Source: a virus. From it: 64,000 bases of DNA. The stretch is from positions 2,348 to 66,347 of IMG/VR virus record IMGVR_UViG_3300032213_002454; one strand, 5' to 3'. Both the position numbers and the translations under genes were made by a program. The notes beneath the pieces were generated by a model. It ran no database searches. It was not told the DNA's origin and saw only the letters and a list, made by a program, of their open reading frames with translations. Shown in pieces: positions 21,038 to 31,200 of the stretch. Each line of letters opens with the position of its first letter. The first letter of the stretch is position 1.

Positions 21038-22045
21038 TTAATTTTTTCTTTTAAATTTTGTTTTTTCTTTTCTTGTTAACTTTAAAAATGGTTTTAAAAA
21101 ATAAATCCAATTATCATCTGTTTTTGGTAGATACTTAAATAGCCCGTCTTCCATCATCATACGTATTAGGTTTTTGTATCCTCTACCATCAGGGTCCAAT
21201 GATTCTGAATAATATGCCTCAACTAAATCTTTACCTTCTTGATTTATTAGTGGCTCATTTAAATCAATTAGTTTTTTATTAATCACATAGTACTCATCAC
21301 CAAATACCCCCTCTTTTGTTTTACCAGACAAAAGATTTTGTAATGATTTGTTGTCTTTATTTTCTTTAAGGAGTTCTTCCCCTTTCGATAAAATATCGAA
21401 TAATTCTACTTCTTTTTCAAGTAGCTCAGGAAAAAACTTAATTAAAGTCTTTTCACCTAAATAAAAAATACCGTCGATATTATCAGATGAATCACCCGTA
21501 AGGATTTTAATCGTTTTGACATTATAATGGGGAACTTCAAAATCGCTCATTTTGATAGTGTCCCCCATCTTATAATATCTTTTTGTGGATGGTGAATAAA
21601 TAGTTACCTTTTCAGAAATAAGTTGTGTAAGGTCTCTATCGCTTGAGAAAATTGTTTTATTCTCGTCTTCAGAAATTTGACAGTAATACGCAATTAAATC
21701 ATCCGCTTCTGAATTTTCAACTTCAAGTTGTCTAACAAACATCTCTTCAAGATATTGTTTGACTCGTTGTTTTTGTTCTTCATAAGAATCTTGTTTAATC
21801 TCATTAGAAAGGGCTCTACGGTTTAATTTATACTTGGGGTATATCAACCTTCTCTGTGATGAGTTCGTGTCGCTATCCCAAAATACTACAACTTTATTAT
21901 AGTTGTTCTCCTCCAAAAACTTTCTTAAAGTATTTAAAAAGTGCCAAATGGCCCCAATATGTTTTCCTTTGTGGAAATAATCTTTCACACCATGAAAACC
22001 AATTTTCATCAAATTGTTCCCATCAACCAATAAGGTTTTTGTCAC
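21038..22045 (-). CDS. 5'-3' exonuclease / flap endonuclease (T4 RNase H-like)
   Basis: LLVDGNNL, YKLNR, EADDLIAY, SSDRDLTQL, GDSSDNIDGI..LGEKT. Confidence 0.92.
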   Translation of the reverse strand: MTKTLLVDGNNLMKIGFHGVKDYFHKGKHIGAIWHFLNTLRKFLEENNYNKVVVFWDSDTNSSQRRLIYPKYKLNRRALSNEIKQDSYEEQKQRVKQYLEEMFVRQLEVENSEADDLIAYYCQISEDENKTIFSSDRDLTQLISEKVTIYSPSTKRYYKMGDTIKMSDFEVPHYNVKTIKILTGDSSDNIDGIFYLGEKTLIKFFPELLEKEVELFDILSKGEELLKENKDNKSLQNLLSGKTKEGVFGDEYYVINKKLIDLNEPLINQEGKDLVEAYYSESLDPDGRGYKNLIRMMMEDGLFKYLPKTDDNWIYFLKPFLKLTRKEKTKFKRKN

Positions 22046-22066
22046 TTTTTTTGTTTTTAATTGTTA

Positions 22067-23074
22067 CTACTCTACTTCTTCTTTTTCTGATTTCAAATCG
22101 AAGTCACCATCAACTCCGATTATTTCCTTCCAATATTCAGCATAATCTTTTTTGTATTGTTCGATAGACGCCTTTTCTTCGGAAGCTTCTTTTCCCGGTA
22201 AGAAACCGTGTGGTGTTACGATAATCTTTCCGTCTTCAAAACCAAGTCCGTTAATGTGATTTTTCATAACAGACACCTTAGTTCTTGATGCAAACTTCAC
22301 AGTTCTCTTATCTTTAGTTGCGGTAATTTTTGTAGTACCGGCACCTTTTTGATTTCCAAATAAGAATACTAATGAAGAGTTTAACCAAATAGCCTCACCA
22401 CCTTTTGCTTTAATTTTAGGTTGTCCAAATGGATTATCAGGTAGTTCAACCCAAGGTTGATTGACAATGATTAAGGTATTTTCGTATTTAGAGTCCGCTT
22501 TACGTGAACCTGAAATACGTTGGTTAATACCCATACCAATCTTGTCGGCCAAAACACTTGCGTTGTGTTGTTTACCTCCTTTACCTTCGTAAGTCATTTT
22601 ACAAGGAACAGAACCTACTGAGTCCCACATAATACACAATGAATAATCAATATCACCCTTTTCTTGAGCGTCTAATAAATCATTAATGTAATCTGTGATT
22701 TGTTCAATATAATCAAAGTTATTATTGAATATATAAAAACCATCCCACTCTAATTCTCCTGTTTCTGTATCTACAACTTCTTCACATTCAAACCCCATCA
22801 ACTTAGCGTGGTCAAACGACCATTTTTGTTCAGTTATGATGAATACAGGTAAAATACCTTTCTTTTGAGCATCAACCGCAGTTTTAACTAACGCTGTTGT
22901 CTTACCCGTATCTGAATGTCCTAAGAACATATTGATGTGTCCCATAGCAGGACCAGGTAAACCAACCGCATCCAAAAACGGAGAACCAAGGTCAAAGAAT
23001 CTTTGTGGTTTATACTTTGCCGATGTGGAAAACTTTTTTTTCAAAGACCCGAAGTCGTTCTTCTTAATAGCCAT
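22067..23074 (-). CDS. recA: RecA/UvsX-like recombinase
   Basis: GHSDTGKT Walker A, WDSVGS Walker B, IIVNQ, KGGEAI, KNH. Confidence 0.88.
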   Translation of the reverse strand: MAIKKNDFGSLKKKFSTSAKYKPQRFFDLGSPFLDAVGLPGPAMGHINMFLGHSDTGKTTALVKTAVDAQKKGILPVFIITEQKWSFDHAKLMGFECEEVVDTETGELEWDGFYIFNNNFDYIEQITDYINDLLDAQEKGDIDYSLCIMWDSVGSVPCKMTYEGKGGKQHNASVLADKIGMGINQRISGSRKADSKYENTLIIVNQPWVELPDNPFGQPKIKAKGGEAIWLNSSLVFLFGNQKGAGTTKITATKDKRTVKFASRTKVSVMKNHINGLGFEDGKIIVTPHGFLPGKEASEEKASIEQYKKDYAEYWKEIIGVDGDFDLKSEKEEVE

Positions 23075-23295
23075 TACAGTTCGTAAATTTTAAAGTTGTT
23101 AATGGTTTCCAACTTGTCGTTTGCATTAGTTAGTTGTTCAACCAAATTATCCATTTCTTCGGTATGTTGTGGGTGCTCACCAATACCTACAGGGTTTGTA
23201 AAATATACATATAATCTTGCTTCTGCATCTGCAATTTCAGACTCGTATTTTTTTACAAGAGCATCTTTTAATTTTTCTGCTAAAAATGTGTTCAT
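23074..23295 (-). CDS. Small conserved-looking phage protein (GIGEHP motif)
   Basis: 73 aa helical ORF, NPVGIGEHPQ; stop overlaps recA start. Confidence 0.65.
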   Translation of the reverse strand: MNTFLAEKLKDALVKKYESEIADAEARLYVYFTNPVGIGEHPQHTEEMDNLVEQLTNANDKLETINNFKIYEL

Positions 23296-23318
23296 TTTTT
23301 TAATTTTTTAAAGTTAAT

Positions 23319-23348
23319 AAAAATCGGGCTTAGGTAGAAAGCCCGATT
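23319..23348 (-). terminator. Rho-independent terminator after SSB gene
   Basis: AATCGGGCTT-7nt-AAGCCCGATT 10-bp stem plus U tract on minus strand. Confidence 0.8.
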
Positions 23349-23361
23349 ATGTTTGTTTGAT

Positions 23362-24216
23362 TTAGAATGGTAAATCTTCTGATGGTTCTTCGTTTGCTTG
23401 TGGGTCAACAACAGGAGCGGTTTCTTGTTTTGAACCTCCAAGTGAAGTCTCAGACTCTTCTCCGTAAACATATTTTTTTAGTTCAGATGACCAAATTGGA
23501 GTTTCTCCAACAGCAACTGCCTCTAAATATTCTACAGGTTTTTTAGAATATACATCATTCCATGTAAGTTCATCTTGAATCCATCCTTCCATGATTGCCT
23601 TATCTTCATGTAGTGGTTGTGGGTCATCATACATAATAGTTTGAATTACTGTGTACTCTTTTCCTTGTGGTGTTTTTGCCCTTGTAAGTTCAATAATTAA
23701 ATCACGACCTTTTTCGGCATTGGTTACGTCACCTTTTGCTTTCCAAATAGGTAAAATTTTATCTAAAACACCTTCTTGTTTGTAGTTGTGTTTGAATCTC
23801 CAAAACTTAACCCCGTCTTGTTCATTATCTCGGTCAATAACTTTTACAATGTAAAATAAACGTGAACGGTATTGTGATGCCAATTCTTTGTCTTCTTTTT
23901 TACCTGTCGAAATCAATTCGTTATAAACTTCACTTAATGGTGAACGGTCATTGTCGTTTTTCTCGGGGTCATACAACTTAACCCACTGTCCGTTTACTTG
24001 GATTTCATGATACCAAACTTCAACAAATGGTGATGAACCATCTTTTGTAGGTAAGATACGGATTCTCCGTGATGCGGATTTTTCATTCTTCTGAAGAATT
24101 GCAGAAAAATACTTCTTCAATCTGTCTTCTTGAGAAATATTTGTTTTTTGTGAACTCGATGATGTTGAGTTCTTTTCGTACTGCGCAAGTACTGAATCTA
24201 ATACTGAATTTGCCAT
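23362..24216 (-). CDS. Single-stranded DNA-binding protein, gp32-like
   Basis: RIRILP..DGSSPFVEVWYH, KFWRF, D...GRDLII, acidic tail ending EDLPF. Confidence 0.85.
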   Translation of the reverse strand: MANSVLDSVLAQYEKNSTSSSSQKTNISQEDRLKKYFSAILQKNEKSASRRIRILPTKDGSSPFVEVWYHEIQVNGQWVKLYDPEKNDNDRSPLSEVYNELISTGKKEDKELASQYRSRLFYIVKVIDRDNEQDGVKFWRFKHNYKQEGVLDKILPIWKAKGDVTNAEKGRDLIIELTRAKTPQGKEYTVIQTIMYDDPQPLHEDKAIMEGWIQDELTWNDVYSKKPVEYLEAVAVGETPIWSSELKKYVYGEESETSLGGSKQETAPVVDPQANEEPSEDLPF

Positions 24217-24251
24217 AAATAAATTTTTAATTATTACTCTTTTATCTATGA

Positions 24252-24282
24252 AAAATATAAGTGAAAATTAAAGTTTGTCAAA
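24252..24282 (-). promoter_or_regulatory. Early/middle promoter for SSB-recA-exonuclease operon
   Basis: Minus strand TTTGACA...TATATTTT: TTTG-N19-TAnnTTT (Bacteroidota-type), also TTGACA-N16-TATATT. Confidence 0.6.
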
Positions 24283-24283
24283 T

Positions 24284-24308
24284 AAAAAAGGGAAGATAAT
24301 TCTTCCCT
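24284..24308 (-). terminator. Rho-independent terminator
   Basis: AGGGAAGA-taat-TCTTCCCT stem followed by U tract on minus strand, abutting the SSB promoter. Confidence 0.75.
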
Positions 24309-24333
24309 CAATTTTGTTGTAAAAGTTTGATTT

Positions 24334-25014
24334 TTATTCAGAATCTTCTTCAGTATCGTATAGGTTAAAAGTTTTTTTAACTTCATTTGGTGAATAGTTT
24401 TCAACTTCATCAGAAGTTAAAATATATTCGTTCTTTCCACTTTTTTCCATTTCATCTTTTTTGACATCAAAAAAGTCTGTAAGTTTTTGATTGTATGGAT
24501 AAGAATCTAATGAACGTAATTCTAATTTTTCTTCAGGACTTTTTTGTCTATACTTTTCTAACTTAGTTTCAAGACTATTAATTTTATTCATTATTTCATC
24601 CATATTAGATAGTTTCGACTCTAAGTCATCTAATTTTGTGAAAATTCCATCCATAAACTCATCCTGTTTTGCTTGAATTTCTTGTTGGGTAGTTACTAAA
24701 TCTGTGATATCGATTTCCTCAGTTTCTTCTTCACCTTCATCTTCAGGTGTCACTTCTTCAACATCGGGGTCATTTTCAACATCTACAGGTTCAGGAACTT
24801 CGGTTGCTCCTGCCGCTGCGGGGTCCGCAGCTCCTGCCGCTGCGGGGTCCGGTGCACCTCCCGCCGCTGGGTCGACAGCTGTAGGGTCAGCCGCCGCTGG
24901 GTCGGCTGCCGGGTCTGCCGGTGGTGGAGGAGGAACATCTTGTTCTCTAAGAATATAAGAATTAATTTGATTGAATCTTTTTAATTCTTCTAAGATTTTT
25001 CTATCTAAACTCAT
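24334..25014 (-). CDS. Acidic Pro/Ala-rich coiled-coil protein (possible head scaffold/internal protein)
   Basis: 226 aa; leader ending ILRE, DPAAA repeats, acidic stretch, heptad region. Confidence 0.55.
   Translation of the reverse strand: MSLDRKILEELKRFNQINSYILREQDVPPPPPADPAADPAAADPTAVDPAAGGAPDPAAAGAADPAAAGATEVPEPVDVENDPDVEEVTPEDEGEEETEEIDITDLVTTQQEIQAKQDEFMDGIFTKLDDLESKLSNMDEIMNKINSLETKLEKYRQKSPEEKLELRSLDSYPYNQKLTDFFDVKKDEMEKSGKNEYILTSDEVENYSPNEVKKTFNLYDTEEDSE
24806..24851. repeat. Perfect 22-bp GC-rich direct repeat (24-bp period) encoding DPAAAGA
   Basis: gctcctgccgctgcggggtccg at 24806-24827 and 24830-24851. Confidence 0.9.
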
Positions 25015-25024
25015 TTTTAAAAAT

Positions 25025-25249
25025 TTATCCGTTTAATAATGTCTTGACTCCTGTTGGTGTTTCAACTTTTAAAGTTTTATTTGTTTTCATAGTATTGTCA
25101 ACTCTTTCAATTAAACCGTCTTTCATTCTAATTGTATAACAATCACCAGTGTCCAAATCACAAACTTGTTGGTACCCATTACCATCTTCTTTTGTGGTAA
25201 TTCTAGTATTTTTTTTCAAATAGTTGTCTAATAATAATTTGATGTCCAT
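25025..25249 (-). CDS. Small hypothetical protein (CDLDTGDC motif)
   Basis: 74 aa, TATTTAT motif 13 nt upstream. Confidence 0.6.
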   Translation of the reverse strand: MDIKLLLDNYLKKNTRITTKEDGNGYQQVCDLDTGDCYTIRMKDGLIERVDNTMKTNKTLKVETPTGVKTLLNG

Positions 25250-25288
25250 GTCTTTTTTTTATATAAATATATGTTTATTACGTATTTG

Positions 25289-28200
25289 TTAAAATATCTC
25301 GTAAAAATTAGTATATGTTGCTATGTATGTTTCATACAAGTTTGTATTGTCTTTGAAAGTGTTGTCAACAAAATCAATTATTTGTTGGGCGGTCAATGCT
25401 GGTGGTCCATAAGCGGCCGGAGTCAACCAAGTTGAATATGCGAATTGAAATGCCGCTTTTCCATGTTTTTTGTTTATATTTGTTTCAGTACTTTTATTTA
25501 CTAGTTCATTTAACATAGGTAAAAGTGGATTCAATATTTTACTAATAAATGTTGTCGATTCAACAAATGTGTTGAATTTTGCAATTGGAACTGGGTCTCC
25601 TCCCAACTTAACACAAGATTGAGATGTAATTAAAGAATTTAAAGCTCCAAAAGTATTTGTAGTGGAAATTTCATAAGGGTTATAATTTACATTATCCCAA
25701 ACGCCAACACCCGCGCTTTTGGATATATATGTTGTTCCTGCAATTCCCATTAACACCGTTCTCATCGTTTTATCTGTAACGACTTGTTTAATTACTTCTG
25801 ATAATTCTTGTACGGTAAATGGTGTTTCTACGATATCAACAAATGGGGTTGATGTAAAAACAGAATTAAGTTTGGTTGTACATTGGTCTTGTGGTGCCGC
25901 ATAAAAATTCAATTTAGGATTTTCTTTTAAAGATGTTTCTGTGGCAATTCTATTTTCGTCTTTTTTTGGATTTTTGTCTGCCGCTTGTTTTTTGTATGTC
26001 TCTAATATTTTTTTATTAACGTTTGTCAATAAATTATTAACTTGCGGTAAAGAGTATTTTGGTATTCTCGAACCTTTGAAACTAGTATTAAAACCTCTAG
26101 TTGAGACTTCATGACTAACCTCAAAAATCCAATATGGCCCATAAAACATCGGTACGTGTCTTAGTATAAAATACATTGTTGGTTGTATCATAACATTACC
26201 CATAGACTCCACAGTACAAGAATATGAACGACTTTTATATAGACTATACAAAGAAACTGACTGTTGAGCAACTTGGTCTCCCGCCACGGAACTTCCTAAA
26301 TCGGCATTAACTTTAAAAGTTTCAGAAGTATTTTTCATTTCTGACATATCTAAATCTAACCCTTTAAAGACACTTTGGTTTTGGATTCCAAAATCAACAC
26401 TAAACCCGACCACTCTATTGGTTTGAGAATAATTCCTATTTGGGTCTGAAACTTCTAAACAGTTTCCGGGCGTTCTTAAATCAAAACTATCATCACCAAA
26501 TCTTATGAAAGAATTTTCTTTAGGTTTTGGATATTCAGAAGGATTTCCCATATAAATGCACAAAAATTTTGGGCTAGCTTTTGTATAATCTACTTCTAAA
26601 TATGTTCCAAACAGTGAATTACCAATTTCGCTATCTTCTAATGGAACTCCATTTTTCAAAGCCTCTTGTAACCCATAAAAGTTAATATAAGCAGGCATGG
26701 CCATAAACATAAATTTATTTTCATCTAATATCTGACTTATAATCGACATTAAACTACTAGAAGGATTAATTTTTGGGTCCAAAATTCTTTTTACCATTTT
26801 TAAATCTAATGTAAAATCATTACCCAAATCACTATTAGACCTGTCCATAAATAAAAAATCTTCAAATAGTGTCGTGTTTTTTAAATCAGAACCCGCAATC
26901 CATTTATCGTTGAAACCTTTTAATGTGTTATAAGTACTAAGTTTGTTAACATCTCCATTTACCGCAGTATTGGTGGTTTGTTCTTCAACTTGTATATCTT
27001 TTAGTATTCTGTTAAGATTAGAAAAAGTTTCATTAACAACTTTATCTAATAAAGATTGTCTATCTTGTAGATATGAATTAATGAAAGACGTAAACTTTGT
27101 TTTATTATATGACGGGTCATCAATTTTTTGAGTCACGTATAACTTTATTAAAGGGGATAGTAAAGTAACATTTTGAGCGGTAAATTCAATGTCATTATCA
27201 ATAAAAAATTCACTTACAAATGATTTTTGTGTTCCTGGTAATGGTTGAGTATTATTTTGTGGATTGTTTGTTTGTTGTGGTGAAGTGTTACTTCCGCCAG
27301 GTAATGTTGTAACGGTTGTTGTTAATTTTGTGGTACTACCGTTTGGCGTTAAATAATCAATAACCATTATATAATTTCCAGCAATGTTATTATTGACTTG
27401 TATTAAATTTGAAAAGTTTGTGTTCGCCCCTAATGTTCCTGAGCTTGGTAAAGGAAAATTGTTAGGGTCATTAATATTTGAATTAATATTATAAAAACGT
27501 TTACTACCAACATTAGTTGCTATGAAATTAGGGTCCCCTTCTATTTTATAGACCGAATATCCCCCGTTTGGTTTTTCTAAATTAAAATACCTATTACTTT
27601 CAACCCCTAAATTTGAAGTGGGTAATATGGTTGATGAATGACCAATAAATACAATACTAACATTTGGATTATTTGATTGTGTACAATTTATTAGTGAATT
27701 GAAAAAAGAAAGACAGTAACTTTCGGGCGTTACTCCAACAGCGTCTGTTTGTGGCGCATTGTCATCCACTAATAAATTATATGTTGTTGTTTGTGCACTA
27801 TTAGGAACTTTTCTGGCGCAAAAGTTTTTAGGTTGCGATGAGTTATCAATTGTTTCTAAATAAATTATATGCCCATTAGTATAGTTTAAAGACGATTCTG
27901 AGTAATTATTTGGGTCAGTGATATTAAAGTACTGACCGGTACATAAATCTTGAAAAGTTCTAAAAGTTGATGTGTTTGATGGTTGGACATATTGTGTTGG
28001 TGTATTTTGATTTGTAATAGGTACTGAAGGAAATTGTGGTTGTACTTGATTTTGGTAATCAACTGATGGTATTTCACTAAATCCAACATAGTTTCTAACT
28101 GCCGCCCATGCCGTAGGGTTTTGAGCGAGACTTAGTAATAATGAAATGTTAGTTCCGTCTCCAGGTAATTTACCTTTAAGATATGAACCAAATCTATATT

Positions 28201-31200
28201 TATCTTCAGGTACAAACTCATTAAGATTAGAAAAAGAGTTAAATAGTTTTCTTTCAAAATCATACGGGTTACTCAATTTAATAACACAATCAAAGTTCAA
28301 AAAGTTTTTTATTGATTCTGTTAAATTAGAAATTTGTAATTCTGCCAATCTTTTTCCGTCTACGTCTTCATTTGTTTTTACAAAACCAGCATTTGAAAAA
28401 ACAAACAAATTACTAATTTGATTTTTTAGAAGTTTTTGTTCAACATTCGGAACACCATTACTATTTGTATATGTTGCCGTAGTAACTTCATCGTTAAGTT
28501 GTAAATCTTTAATTTCAAAATTGTATTTACAAAAACCTAAAAACTTTTCTTCAAATTTATCTAATAATTCTTTTGGGAAAACACTGAATATTTCGTCTAT
28601 AGAACTGTACTTTAATTCGTTTGAAACTAAATCGAAATCATTTTGTCTGTTAGTGTTTGTTTTTATAACTTTTAAATATTCCGTAGGTTTTGGTTTTGTT
28701 AGTAAACTATTATCAAAATATCCAAAGTTAGATGCCCCCCAAACTGACCTTACAGAACCATTATACAACGCTTTGTTAAAAAATGGTTCAATTGTTTTTT
28801 GATTGTTTGAGTTTATACACTCATATATTGATTGGTCAATTGGTATACCCCCCATCGATGGATATAATACAATTCTGTTACCCCCACTAGGACTATTTGA
28901 CGTTCCGGCAAAAGTTCTATATTGGTAGTAGTTTCTTTTAGTCAGGGTTCTATTAAGTGACGATGTATCAAACCCTACATTTAATATTGTTGATGATGTG
29001 TTATTTTTTCCAATATTAAAATTATCAACAGTTACGGCATTTTGAAAGGCGGCACTTGTATAACCGGTAAATAAATCTTTACCAAACAAATAATAATTTA
29101 CATCATCAATTAATTTTGGATAAAACCCAACGTTTTGAGTATCATATATATTGGCAACTATTAAATTTGAACCTTGTAAACTAATTGTCTGTGTTGTTGT
29201 TCCTGTATAGTCAAATATTTGATATTGTTTTGTAATATCTGATGTTGTGGGGTCATAACTTTTAACATAATCAAAGTCTTTCCAAACATCGTCAAGTATG
29301 TCAACGTTAGAGTTAACAAACGTTTTGTATCTATGCCATATAGAACCATATTTTAATACCCAAGCGTAAGGAACTTGATGTACAGCCGAGTATTTTTTAA
29401 ATGTTGCCGCTAAATATTCTAAGTCAGTAATTGTATTATTATCGACATTTATAATTTTTTCTTTTGTAGTAATTAAAGGTAACGAATTTAAAAATAAATA
29501 ACCTAATTGAACATAAGATTGTGTATCTCCTGATTTTTGTTTTTTTACACCTTCGACAATTGAGTTTATAAAATATGGTGTATTCAATAAAGAAGTTGTT
29601 TGAATTGATGTTCCCACATTACCACTATATGAGTTTCCATAGTTTATAAATGACTCGGTAAAAAATGTCTTTTCATTTTTTCTATTGATATAAAAATTCT
29701 TAAGAGTGTCTCTTGTTGATATTTGAACATTATTTGATTGGTCTGTTAAATATGTTTGATTACCATTATTAAAACCATAAGGTGTGGTAAAAAGTTTAAT
29801 ATTAGAATACTTGTCGGTTTGATTTATTCTCGCGATTGTTTTTTTATCATCGAGATATAAAAAAGTTTTTGTAGTATCGTTATAATCTTTGAAGTCTTGA
29901 ATTGAGTCCCCGTTTGATAAATTTTTCTTTAACCAATCTAAATTAGTAAACGGATACGTATCTAAAGTATTTTTTTTAGATGAGTCACTACTTGTCAAAT
30001 AGTCTGTAAGATTTTTTGCTAAATCTATTTTACTTGAGACCTCAACGGTTCTATTAGATAAAGTATCTATGCCGTATATTTCGTTTGGATTTTTAGTAAG
30101 TGTTTCAATATACGGAGTTACATAATTATTTTTTAAATAAAAGTTCCATAATTCTCCTTGCCCATTATTAGACACCTTTTTCATGTAGTCCAATAATTTT
30201 TGTAAGTTGAATTTAAAATTTTTTAAATCTTGGTTAATTGCAATATCTTGAGGGGCAACTAAACTTAAATTTTTACTTTCAATATCACCATAAAATTTAT
30301 CAACTTGTTTTTGTGATGCTAAGTCGGATAATAAGTTTCCGTAGTAGGTTGAAACATATGCCCTTTCAAAGATTTCGTAATACAATTTTTTTGCATCTAA
30401 ATTTTGATAAGGGGTTGTTTTAAATGGAAATTCTATTGCATTTGACGATATGTATTCTGAAACATCTTTGATATTATTATATGTAAAGTTTTCTGTAGGT
30501 GCGGCCGTTTGTGTTTGAGCCTTTAAAAAAGTTTCTGTAAATCCAATTTCAGGCCATATATTGTAATTAAACGCCTTTGTTTGTTTTATTATTTTAGGGT
30601 CACCAGGATATTGAATTACATATAACTCACTTTGGTTACTTTGTTTTTCTTTTGTAAAATACAGCGGCCATGGATAAACCACATTATCATTATTCAAACT
30701 ACCGCTAGATGTCTGTATTGATTTGAACGCATCGGGTGAAATACTCTCAGGAGGAATTACGGCCATAAGTCTATCTTTGTCCGCTCTTACTTCCCATGCT
30801 TTTTCATGTACATCCTCCATAAGTCTGTAAAAAGTGTCCGCACCTGCTAACAACACGGCAAATATGTTTCTAATAGTTGGTTTAAATCCTAACCCTCCTT
30901 CTGGTGATATAACTGTTTGTGCGTAAAATTCAGTCAATTCATCCTCTATTTGTTTTTGAAACGCCTCTAGCGTTTTTGTCATTTTATCTAACTTATCCAA
31001 GTAAGAGTTAGGTATATAAGAACCATCCGCAACAACTTTGTTACCAAAAAAATAATAATCGGGTTGTACGTCGATTATGTTATTATTTGCATCTAAAACT
31101 TTTTGGGTTGTACTAAGACTTGCGTTTATATCTAATACAAATTTTTCAAACTCCGCATTTGTGTTTGGGTCACCGATATTTACTTGTTTACCTGTTCTAA

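Noticed and set aside
24215-24221. ATAAATA next to the SSB start as a late motif
   Set aside because: It overlaps the ATG itself, and SSB already has a clear early-type promoter; probably chance in AT-rich DNA.
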